The notes under the pieces: model-generated
Database searches by the model: none
The model's input: the letters and a program-made list of their open reading frames with translations, nothing else
What the model was told of the DNA's origin: nothing
Assembly (NCBI RefSeq): GCF_026210795.1
Contig: NC_089430.1
Span: 1,488,001-1,552,000 of the forward strand
Reading direction: 5' to 3'
Length of the DNA stretch: 64,000 nt
Source: Rhizophagus irregularis
Lineage: Eukaryota
Shown: piece after piece, positions 39,794 through 52,054 of the stretch
How the letters are laid out: each line of letters opens with the position of its first letter
How positions within the stretch are numbered: the stretch's first letter is position 1
Translations under genes and position numbers: made by a program

Positions 39794-41684
39794 CCGTAAA
39801 GTCCCGAATATAAGCAACCTATTTTTGTTATAAGGGTGCTTATATTCGGGTAATTTTAACATTGGAACATAATATAAACTCTGGAAAAGAATTTTTGCTT
39901 AAACTTTCAAATAAAAATTAATATATAACGTAATTTTCAATTATTGCGGTTTTGCAATTTTTAAATTTTTGTGAAACATTCGTGCACAGCATGACAATCA
40001 TATCCTTAAAACGCGTTAATTTTTTTGATCAACTTTTAAATAATTTTCTTCAAGTTATCAAAAATGATATTTTTTCATACAAAGAAAAGCCACGATAAAT
40101 AATGCCACAAGTTGCCAAACACAAACGAGTTGTCAAACACAAATGAGTTGTCAAACGTAAAGCCTTCAAAAGTAATGTTAAACGAACTTTATACTCTATT
40201 AAACAAAAAGAAGAAGTTGTTAATTACACAAAAGAGTATGGAAGAAATAGCGCGGCAGCTCACTTTGGAATTAACAAAAGTATGGTTGGACGCTGGGTTA
40301 AGGCGAGTATAAACTGGACAGATGAAATAAACAGAAATATTAAGAAAGTTGGTACAGGGCGAAGGGTTTTTTATCCTGAAGTTGAGAAAAAGCTCTATGA
40401 CTGGATAATTGAATAAAGGAAACAGGGGTTTGCTGTAACCTATTCAATTATACGAGTCAAGATGCTAGAAATTTTGAGAGATCCAGATATTATAGTTCTT
40501 TATGGGAATTTAATGAACGATTTTAAGATGTCTAATCGTTTGTTATATGCATTTATGAAGCGGCAAAAATTATCCTTGCGACTTCATACAAAGATTTCAC
40601 AAAAACTTCCATAGCAAACTGAACAATTGTTAGAAAGTTTTTATCAATTTGTTACTCACCTTAGAATTGAAAAATCATATGAGATGTGCAACATCTTCAA
40701 TATGGATGAGACCCCAGTGTATTTTGACATGGCGGGTAATTTTACTGTCAATCAAACAGGTGAAAAAACCGTTCATATTCGTGGGACAGGTAATGAAAAA
40801 AATTGATTCACTGTTGTTCTTACTTGTGCTGCTGGTAAGTACTATAGTAGGTCCTATTTCTAGCAAACAATCTTAAAAAAATTTTTAAAATACAGATGGG
40901 ACCAAATTGCCACCAATATGTATTTTCAAAGGAAAAAGATTAGGACGTGGTGAACAAATTCCGTCTGGTGTGGTGGTTTGGTTCCAAGAGAATGGTTGGA
41001 TGGATTCAAAATTAATGATTAATTATATTGACTACTATTTTAACAATAATCGATCTAGAGATCCAACTATGCTTGTTTATGATTCTTTTAGGGGCCATCT
41101 TGAAGAATCTGTTAAAGCAAAATTTCATGATAACAATATTGATTTAGCAGTTATCCCAGGTGGGTTGACAAGCATCTGTCAACCACTTGATGTCGCTATA
41201 AACAAGCCATTCAAGGACAACCTCCGCAAAGAATGGCACTTGTGGATGGCAAATGGTGGTGCTGGAGAAACTACCGCAGGAAACCTTAGACGTGCTAAGT
41301 ATAGTGATGTTTGTAATTGGGTAAAACGTGCATGGGAAAATATATCTAACGAGACCATAATTAATTCTTTTGTAAGTTGTGGTATAACAGATTCGTTAGA
41401 TAGTGATCATGAAGAATTAGAAATTTCGGATATTGATGATACTTTGTAAAATTGTAATAGGGATTATTATTAGTTTCGCATTTATTTTTTTACAAACGTT
41501 TTATATATAATTTTGATAATTCTATGACATTTATGCTTTAATTTCAATAAAATTACCATATAATCAATATATGCATATCGGAAATTTATTTTTTTACAAA
41601 TTTTTCAAAAGGGTGCTTATATTCGGGTAAAATATAAATTAGGGTACTTATATTCGGGAGGTGCTTATATTCGGGACTTTACGG
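39794..41684 (+). mobile_element. pogo-family DNA transposon
   Basis: Perfect 23-bp TIR CCGTAAAGTCCCGAATATAAGCA, TA TSD on both sides, subterminal GGGTrCTTATATTCGGG copies. Confidence 0.95.
40102..41449 (+). pseudogene. pogo transposase (Brinker-type HTH, CENP-B HTH, DD35D) with four nonsense codons
   Basis: Exons 40102-40834 and 40896-41449. Motifs NMDETP, VYDSFRGH and QPLDVAINKPFK. Stops at 40144, 40414, 40612 and 40804. Confidence 0.9.
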
Positions 41685-42484
41685 TATTTTAACTTTATAA
41701 TAAGCATTGATAGGCAGTCCAATGGTCAAATTGTAAAATATTTTTTAGAACTTTTTTGTTTACAGCATTTGTAAAAATATTTCAGTAGTCATTTACGAAT
41801 TTATTACGAATTTTTTTTTTCAGATCATATTAACATTTCTTAGTAAAGACGTATATGTAAAATCAATTTTAGAAAATTTACGGAACCAACTACTCAAATT
41901 GAGTCATTTGACGATCACCATACCATCATTTGAAGGCCAATCAAAATTTTTCTGGTTGATCATCATCACATGCTCTACTTGTATCTTAAATTTGATGTAC
42001 TGTATGTAGCATATATTTATTTATTATAGCTGATATAGAATCGAATTAGAACCAACAAATCGAATTTCATCCCTACTTCCAAGTGCGTGGAAAAGTTATT
42101 CTTCTTGAATATGATTTAATATCATCAACTACCTTTTCTTCCTAAAAAATTTTTAACTACTGAATTGGGTCAGCGATAACTTTTTAAACTAGAGTTGGGG
42201 AATATTGGATTTCACCAAAAAATTATGATTTGCGTCCTTTTGGTATTTATATTAAAAAAGAAAAGATATCATTGTTTATTAATATAGTTATTTTAGCTCA
42301 ATGCAGATCAGTGCACTGGAAAAATGTAGTCCGAAAAAATTTTTATTGTACCTTCTATTTTTGGTTAAAGTATTCCTTTTTAGTAATTCATTCACATCAT
42401 GTATAAAATATAAAAAAAAAACTAAAATTTGTCAAAAAAAAAAAAAAATTTTTTTTAAATAAAATAACTTTCTAAAATAACTAA

Positions 42485-45400
42485 ATGGAAACTAATTTAA
42501 ATAATTTAAAAATCTCAGACAAAGATACTGATATAGTAAATAATAATGAAATTTGTTTATATTGCAATAAACCTTTTATCAAAGAATTATGGTGTAAAGA
42601 ATGTATTAATTCTTTGGAAAAATTAGCGGAAAATGGAGATAAAATGGTAATATTAAATTTAGCCAATAAATATAAAAATGGAGAAGGAACAGACAAAAAT
42701 TTTGAAAAAGCCTTTTATTGGTATCAAAAAGCAGTAGACAATGGTAATAAAGATGCAATATTTAGTTTAGCTAATAGTTATTATTATGGAGAAGGAACCG
42801 AAAAGAATTTAGAAAAAGCCTTTTATTGGTATCAAAAAGCAGTAGAAAATGGTGATACAGATGCAATATTTTGTTTGGCCATATGTTATTTTTATGGAGA
42901 AGGAACAGAAAAGAATTTAGAAAAAGCCTTTTATTGGTTTCAAACAGCAGTAGAAAATGGTGATAAAGATGCAATATTTGACTTAGCTAATAGTTATTAT
43001 TACGGAGAAGGAACAGAAAAGAATTTAGAAAAAGCCTTTTATTGGTATAAAATGGCAGCAGAGAATGGAGATAATTATGCAATGCTTTATTTGGGCATAT
43101 GTTATGAAAATGGAGAAGGAACAGACAAAAATTTCGAAAAACCCTTTTATTGGTATCAAAAAGCAGCAGAAAACGGGGTAAAAGAAGCAATGAATAATCT
43201 AGCTGTATGTTATGAAAATGGAGAAGGAACAGAAGAGAATTTAAAAAAGGCCATTTATTGGTATCAAAAAGCAATAGAAAAAGATCATATTGAAGCAATG
43301 TTTAATTTAGCTGTATGTTATAAAAATGGAGAAGGAATAGAAAAGAATTTAGAAGAAGCCTTTCATTTGTATCAAAGGGCGGCAGAAAATGATCACACTG
43401 ATGCAATGTTTAATATTGCCTTATGTTATGCAAATGGAGAAGGAACAGAAAAGAATTTAGAAAAGACCATTTATTGGTATCGAAAAGCAATAGAAAAAGA
43501 TCATATTGAAGCAATGTTTAATTTAGCCGTATGTTATAAAAATGGAGAAGGAATAGAAAAGAATTTAGAAAAAGCATTTCATTGGTATCAAAGAGCAGCA
43601 GAAAATGATAATACCGATGCAATGTTTAATTTTGCCTTATGTTATGAATATGGAGAAGGAACAGAAAAGAATTTAGAAAAAGCCTTTTATTGGTATCAAA
43701 AAGCAGCAGAAAATGGTGATAAAGATGCAATGTTTAATTTAGCCATATTTTATAAAAATGGAGAAGAAATAGAAAAGAATTTAGAAAAAGCCTTTTATTG
43801 GTATCAAAAAGCAGCAGAAAATGGTGCAAGAACAGCAATGAATAATTTAGCTAATATTTATCATAATGGAAAAGGAACAGAAAAGGATTTAGAAAAAGCC
43901 ATTTATTGGTATCAAAGAGCAGCAGAAAATGGTGAAGAAGGTGCAATGTTTAATTTAGCCAGATTTTATGAAATTACAGAAAAGAATTTAGAAAATGCTT
44001 TTCATTGGTATCATAAAGCAGTAGAAAATGGTGATGAAGGTGCAGTGTTTAATTTAGCTGTTTGTTATAATAATGGAAATGGAACAGAAAAGAATTTAGA
44101 AAAAGCCTTTTATTGGTATAAAAAAGCAGTAGAATATGGTGATGAAAGGGCAATGTTTAATTTAGCAATATGTTATAAAAATGGGGAAGGAACAGAAAAG
44201 AATTTAGAAAATGCCTTTTATTGGCACCAAAGAGCAGCAGAAATTGGTTACACTGACGCAATGTATAATATTGCAGAATGCTATAATAATGGAGAAGGTA
44301 CAAAAAAGAATTTAGAAAAAGCCTTTTATTGGCATCAAAAAGTAATAGAAAGTAGCAAAATAGGTTTTGAAAATGAAGTTGAATTATGTAGTGAATGTAA
44401 ACAACCATATATTGATTACCAGTGGTGCCAACAATGTAGTACTAAACGATTTCAACAAGATTTTTCAAAGTGGACAAGTAATAATAAAGTTATTGATAAA
44501 TTTATTCAAGAAGCACAACTGAATGCTAAAAATAGTTACGAAATTTTAGAGTGGATACCTTATAACAAATTATCAAATATTAATTATCATGATAAAGGAG
44601 GATTTGGTGAAATTTATAAAGCTATCTGGTTAGATGGACCTATTTTTAATTGGAATTTTGACGAACAACAATGGAATAGACAAACAGATTATGATGTTGT
44701 TCTTAAAACACTTAATAATTCATCAAGTTTAAGTAGTAAATTTTTGGATGAGGTATAATATCTTTATATTTAATAGCAAATTGCAAATTTTACTTTCTTT
44801 TGCAAAAATTTAATAATCCTTTTATTATTTATGCAGTGGAAATATCATTATAATTGTCAGAAAAAATCATTTTCAAAATTTATTCAATTTTTTGGAATTA
44901 CCCAAGAACCAAATAATTTAAATTATAGTATAGTAATGAGTTATGCAAAAAAAGGGAGTTTAAGAAAATGTTTATCTGATATAATAAAATTTAAGTGGCA
45001 AGACAAGTTACAATTATTGAAAAAAATTGTACTAGGGCTTAAAGTAATTCATGAATCAAATTTAACACATGGTGACTTTCATGATGGTAATATTTTAATG
45101 TCAGAAAATTACAATGAGTTATTTATTATTGATTTAGGGTTATGTAAGCCTATAAATGATTTACAAGATTCTGATAATGATGATAATGAAATTTATGGAA
45201 TTTTGCCTTATATGGCACCAGAAATATTAAGAAGAAATCCTTATACAAAAGCAAGTGATATTTATAGTTTTTCAATAATAATGTGGGAGTTTACATCAGG
45301 TAATTTCCCATTTAAGCATGAAGCACATGATCATGACCTTATTTTGAGTATTTGTAAAGAAGGAAAACGTCCTGAAATTATAAAAAATACTCCAAAATGC

Positions 45401-45784
45401 TATATAGATTTAATGAAAAAATGTTGGGATTCAGATCCTTCTAATAGACCAACCATAATAATGCTTGAAAATATTATATCTGAATGGATTAAATGTATTA
45501 ATGAATACTATGAAGTAAATGGAGATGTAAATGATAAATATGAAGTATCTAATATTGATAATCAATTAAGAAGTGAGATGCTTGAATTTATTGAAGCGGA
45601 CAAAACTTTAGTACTAGAACAAGCAAATACTTCTATTATGCAATCTCATCCACAAGTACAAGATCAATCAAATACTTCTATTATACAATCTCATTCACAA
45701 GCATACTATACAAGTCGCAAACTTACTGAAATTATAGTTCAATCAGAAACTGAGTGTTTTGAATCATGTGTAATTAAAGATTAA
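42485..45784 (+). CDS. Sel1-repeat (16 units) TKL-type protein kinase, 2 exons; paralog of the 8613 gene
   Basis: Exons 42485-44752 and 44837-45784, with the same intron position (FLDE|WK). Motifs HGDFHDGN, DLG and APE. Confidence 0.93.
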
Positions 45785-47199
45785 CAATTCTGTTATTTAT
45801 TCTTGTCTGTTACAAAAATTATTTATATTATATACTTTCATAATTTTTATAATAAATATTATTAATTCAAGTATATAAACAAGTATTAAAATAAGGTTTA
45901 TTTGTTTAATTATATATTTTCTTTTTATTTGCAATTTGTTAAATTTGTTAGCAAATTTAAGTTCCATATTTCAATATTTTACTATCATTATCAGTCATCA
46001 GGAAGTTTTTTGGCATGTGGACCTATAAGGAATTCAATGACCGAATTCCAGATTATTACCTAGTTCCTAGCGAACTTGATTATGAGGAGGACCAAGATGC
46101 TGAGGAACCTGCATCTCCAGCTACAGATTAAACGTTATGTTAAAATTCAAACCTTTAAATGACCGGATGAGCCATCTGAACATATTATTGGTAATATTAT
46201 AAACGTATTTCTTTTAAAAAGAAAATCGTTTTATTTTTTAAAAAATTCTTTTCTTAATTTATTTTAAAAAATTCTTTTTCTTGTTTTTCTATGATATTGA
46301 GTTAAATCTAAAGATAATATTGCTACAAAATGGATTTAATATTAGCCAAATTAATTAATTATTTATTTTTCCAAAAATAAACTAAATAAAAAATATGAAT
46401 ATTTTTGTTATTATAAAATTTGTAAAATAAAGTTAACTAAGATTGATTCTAAAATTATTATTATTAAAAATTAAAGGCCATATCTAATAAATTTTACTAA
46501 CATGTTGAAATCTTGTTATAAAATTTCTTTAGAACAACTAGATAGGATAAGCAAAATTTGTAAAAAAAAAGAGATATATTAAAATATCGTAAAAATTTTA
46601 TTACTTATCATATCTATAAATTTAACTTTAATATTAAGACAGAGTTGGTTTGTTAATATAAACGTCCTCAATATATCTATCTACTATCTATCTTACTAAA
46701 ATAACACGAATTTAAGAATTATTTAAAAAGTTTTTAACATCAGTGTAACAAATGATGTGAAAATTCAGGGCTTTAAATAAAATTAGTGTGATCTATTTAT
46801 TTTTTTCAAAAAAAAAAAATTAGCTTTGACAGTTTGACTTCACTCGATAAGTCACGTGTAATATATTTGATTGGATAAATATCACTTATTTGATATTATT
46901 TCCGGTAATCTCGGATTTTTCAATACTAATTTTATATTGGCATCGTAACAGCTGTTAAAAACTTACTATCTTTCTGTAAAATGCAATTGTTATTTATTTA
47001 TATATTAAATCAAATTTATAAGGTTAATAATTTTGTTCCATCACGAAATGAACAATATTTTATACTCAAAAAAAAAATCTGGCCATACATGTATACATAT
47101 ATTTATATAAAATGTTCGTATAAAATTAAAAAAAGCAGTTTGTACTATAATAGAATGAAAGAAAACTTGGAATAAATCGAAAAAAGTTGTTTATATTTT

Positions 47200-47548
47200 G
47201 TAATAAGGATAAATCTAATTGTAAAAGCCTGTTACGCGTCTTATTTGTAACAACCCCAATTTTATCCAATTAAAATTTAGATCAGGCGTAATGTAAACAA
47301 AAACAAAAGATCAGTCGTGTAACTAAGACAAAAGAATTTTTTAAAAAATTTCAAGAAACTGCTTATAACTTAAAATTTTGTCTATAAAACTGTCTTAAGT
47401 ACATTAAGTAAAAGTTTTCCAAATTAAATTTTGCATATAAAAATTTTATTTGTGAAACACATTAAATTTATTATTAAAAAAAAATAAAAAAGGATGTTAC
47501 AAATAAGATATGTAACAGGCTGTTACAAATACATTTTTTCTTGTAATA
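47200..47548. mobile_element. Degenerate MITE-like inverted repeat
   Basis: TTGTAAAAGCCTGTTACGCGTCTTATTTGTAACA (~47219) is inverted as TGTTACAAATAAGATATGTAACAGGCTGTTACAA (~47495). Confidence 0.6.
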
Positions 47549-48059
47549 AAATCTAAGGAAAAAAAAAAATACGAAAAGAACAGTGATAAAACGAAAGAAA
47601 TAAAATTGTGATAACTAAAACAATTTGTTATGAAAACTAAAAGAAAAAAAGAATAATAAACGAAATAATTTAAATTTTTACATCTTAGAATTTATGCCAC
47701 GATCATCGCGTTTGATAAGTTTAAGTCATAATCATCATTTTTTTAATTTCATTGTTATAAGCCAAGGTTAAAAAATGTCTTCATATTTAACGATCATCGC
47801 CTGGGTTTTTTTTTCAAATATTTCACATGATATACAACATATAGAGTAAATTTATTAATCGGCTGATGGCCGATTTTTTTAACTTAGCTAATTTTTGATC
47901 GGTTAAACTTAAAATTTTATCGTAAAAGATATTTTTAAAAAAAAAATTTTTTGCTAACATATTTATTCAAAATAATCTTATTTAAAGAAAAAATCACCGT
48001 ATTTATTTTTAACGAAGTGATACAAATAAAAGAAACAATAATAATAAATAAAAAGATAA

Positions 48060-48520
48060 GTAAATTACAATGATCAAGAAGAAAGATGCTAATAAAGAAT
48101 GAGATAACAATGGAGTAATGGAAAGTAATAGAAGATGAAAGGGAGTAAAAAAGAGTAATGAGAAGTGATAGGGAAGTAAGGGAACAAAAAGGAGAAATAG
48201 GACATGATGGGAGATGAAAAGGAGCAATAGGAGATGAAAAGAATTGATGGGAAGATGAAGAGGAGTGATGGCAGATAAAAAGGAGTGATGGGAGACAAAG
48301 AGGAGTGATGGGAGACGAAAAGGAGTGATGGGAGACAAAAAAAAATAATGAGAAGTAAGCAGGATAGAAAAGAGACAATAGAAAATGAAAAGATGTAATA
48401 GAAAATAATGGGAGACGAAAGGATGGAATAATGAAAAGTAATAGGAGGTGAAAAATGATGAGAGAAAAAATAAAAAAATGATCATGATAGGAGGTTGGGT
48501 AATGATAGGAAACCAAGTAA
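48060..48520. repeat. Purine-rich degenerate ~20-bp minisatellite
   Basis: AGGAGTGATGGGAGACrAAr copies at 48281, 48301 and 48320, with decayed flanking copies. Confidence 0.7.
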
Positions 48521-51514
48521 AAAATAAAACCATAAAGTAAAAAAAAATGTAGTTAGTAAGAAACGAAATATAAGATAGAAACGAAATAAAAAAAAAATAA
48601 AAAATATACATTTATTAGTTGTAGAATCAAAAAACTAAAATATCTAAAAAATAAAAAAAAAAATTAGTAAAAACAAAATATTAAACAGAAAAAATAAAAA
48701 AAAAATCATAAAAAAAAGAGTAAGAAACGAAACGTAAAGTGAAAAACAGAACCTTAATTGCAGAACTGGAAGAACTAAAGGACCTAAAAATAACGAAATA
48801 GAGTTAGTAAGAATAAAGTGTAAGATTGTAGGTTAGAAATAAAAATATCGAAAGAACCGAGGAAATGAACCTATACTAAAAATGAGATGCGATCATGTGG
48901 CCAATCAAGATATTAAATCTGCCACGTGACCAAAGACCCAAGGCGACAATTACCCAGGCGATGTTTAGCAATTCCCAAACTATAAATATAAAAAATAATT
49001 CTTTAAAATTTATTTGTAAAAAAAATAAAGTTCAATAACTTTTTAAAGCCATTCAATCCTGCAATTCTACCGAAAATGAACATCCAATTGATCCAAATTA
49101 CATGTAGCTGGCATGCGTAACCGGCAAATAAATCCAGCCATCACTTTTTGGAGTGATGCTAGGTCACTACTTGGTATTTAAATGAGACAAGATCAATTAA
49201 CAAATTAACATCACTATTTTATCTCTTGACCCAAATCTCATTCTTCATACCTGGTTAAAATCAAACAAGAAGCAAATTAATAGTACAAACATAGTACAAA
49301 CATAACATCATTTATTCAAAATAGCAATCTTCATTAAAAACCAAAAAAATAAACATCAATCTAAAATTGCAAGGTATTATTTATTCACTTTTAATAAATC
49401 TCATTTCTTTTTCTAAAAAATACTATATCTAATCAAATAATTCCAATTATTAATCATTATTAATTTTATGACGTATTATTTGAGTAATAAATTGACGATT
49501 AATAATAAATCATATTATTGTTATAATTCTGGTTGGCCTAGTGATGCCGAAACATTTAGAGTTTTAATATCAGCTATTTGTTGCAAAGCTATTATAATTG
49601 AAGTTTAAATAATAGTGAATAATGGGAACTCTTTCCACCGATCATCATGTCCACAGTTCAAAAAGCATATAGGAAAGTTTTTATTTGGCGCATTTCAACA
49701 TGACCAACTGTTTATCCACTCTTTTAAGAACATTTTTGCAGAAGTTTCACTTGGGGACTAGTAGTTTTCAAATTTCTCTTCCAAAATGCTATTTCTTTCC
49801 GTCAGCCAATATGGTGGCGACCCAAAATAGGGCCAAGTAGGGCGAGGTGTTGCTCCAATAAAGTGTTGTCAGAAGGCGATAACAGAGGCTCGGAGAAATA
49901 CAAAGAAAACTTACTTTTGGATATTGGAGTGTAGCTCGGACGCTTTTGATTTTTGGCTTCTTGGGAATTTTTTGTCACAATTTTTTTTTCGGTCGGCGCA
50001 GCAAAAATTTAGCACGCGGATGGATTTCAAAAGTAGTAACCAATCGGATTGATGAGAGATGAGGTGATTTACTGTGGGACAAAACCACGGCAACAGATTT
50101 ACCCGAAGTGGGATTAGCCATTTCCGCAGTAAATCACGTGGTGTGACGTTAGTGACTATGATGGAGGAACCTTATTCTCAAGTCTCATGCTTGCATGAAA
50201 AAAAATTTCGAGAAGCAAAGTTAAAAGGTTTCTTTGAGGGTGGATCTCCCTACGAATTTTCAAGGAATTGAACTTGACGAGAGCGCTGCGATCTAACCTA
50301 TATGCTTCGTGTTCAATGGTGTTTCGAATAGTTTAGTTTCTTGAGAATACATAGACTAATAATGTTGCTTTTATAGGTTGAGTGGGTTGCAGGTGTTCGA
50401 CGTTGGAAGAGCGGTGTAATATCTTCTGAACAAGTGGAGAATTTTGTTCAGGTTAGGAACCACTTCCGTATAATGGAGAATGCTTGTAATCTTATCCAGA
50501 TAGTTAGGGAGGTTGTAGGGTTTATGATAGGTTTGTTTGTGTGTTTTTGTTTTTGTATTCTTTGTTTTGGTAGGATAGATTGATTTGTTATAGGACCATA
50601 TCGTGTTGGCACGTATGTTTCCTAGATAGGTATTTCTATAATTAGGTATCTATCCTATATTTAATAAAGAAATGCGCTACAAATTTTAAAAAAAAAGTTA
50701 TTGGTAAGAATCATTTGCAAACAAGATTAAAAATTATAAAAAGCAGACAATACAAAAAATTCTAACCGTGTAAAAAATACTGACCTGGGTTTTATGCTTC
50801 CATATTTTTTTTGTGAATGTAATCCTTTCATGGAATTTATAGTCTTACATCATGGAAAATTTCATACGGATATCCGTGAATTTATCATTTTCACGGAATT
50901 TTTACGAAGGTCATGGAGAAATAATGAAAATATACGGATAAATCATGGCTTTCCAAGCAGGATGAGAAAGTGAATAGTTCTTTGGGAACCATCGGAATAG
51001 ACTTAACTAAATAATAGGATCGAACCTTTGCCGATTTAACATATTTATTTAACATTAATATTAAAAAAGAATTAGCATATTATGGAAAGATTATCTCAAC
51101 AAGAATTAAGAGATTCGGTAAATGGAGTCAAAATTCCAAGTATAGATAAAAATTTATTTTAATCCAATGAAGGACATTTTAATTTCAAAGTTCATTGATC
51201 TCACTAATCCGTTGTTCGATTCTACTTCTTAATTTCAATTAATACATTTTAATGTACAATAATTTAACAAATTGAAGTCAATTATGAAATATGAACTATA
51301 TTTTTCAAGGATTTAGTAAATAGAATGTTTAAAGAAGATTGCGTCAATCAGTATCATCATTAACAAAAAAATTTAATAATAAAACAAGACTACTAGTTAT
51401 GTAAGGTTTTTATGCACTTCTGTTTATTTTAAATTTATTTATTTGAAATTTCCTTATATATATGTACAATCACGCACAAAAAAAATTTTAATTATGTCGA
51501 AAGTTAATCATTTC

Positions 51515-51965
51515 TCACTTAACTTTTCATGATAAGAAAATTTTTTTTTTTTATGCAAGGGGCGATAGACATGCATATTTATATATGTGTTTCAAAATAA
51601 AAAAAGCTTAATTAACTTTTCACAATAAAAAAAATTTTTTTTTTATGCATGAGGCAAAATTTACATATAGATTTATACACGTGTTTCAAGTAAAAAAGCT
51701 CAATTAACTTTTCATAATAAAAAAAAAGAATTTTTTTTTATGCAGAGGGCGAAATTTTACGTACAGCCATGAATATGAGAGTTTCAATAAAAAAGCTTAA
51801 TTAGCTTTTCACAATAAAAAAATTTTTATTTATGCAGGAGGCGAAATTAACGTACAGATTTAAGCATGTGTTTCAAGTAAAAAAACCCAATTAACTTTTC
51901 ATAGTAAAAAAAAAATTCTTTTTTTATGTACGTACAACCATGCACATTTACACGTGTTCCAAATG
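51515..51965. repeat. About five ~93-bp tandem repeats directly upstream of the channel gene
   Basis: TArCTTTTCAyrrT...TTTTTATG...GGCrA...TGTTTCAA at ~51520, 51613, 51705, 51802 and 51892. Confidence 0.8.
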
Positions 51966-52054
51966 AAAAAAAAACTATATAATCGCAATTGGACGCTATA
52001 AAAAAAAAATAATTTCTTTGGTAATAAATTTATATATTCATAAACGATTACCAA

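Larger units (their letters stand above)
36128..42075. mobile_element. hAT-type element inflated to ~5.9 kb by nested insertions
   Basis: Ends TAGGGAT...ATCCCTA. Exact 8-bp TSD CTTCCAAG at 36120-36127 and 42076-42083. AATCGA motifs near both ends. Confidence 0.8.

Noticed and set aside
42771..44408. Antisense ORFs over the second Sel1 array
   Set aside because: Same shadow effect; Leu/Phe-rich with no domain signal.
47935..48611. Three overlapping hydrophobic ORFs
   Set aside because: Produced by the pyrimidine-rich strand of a minisatellite, which is depleted of stop codons.
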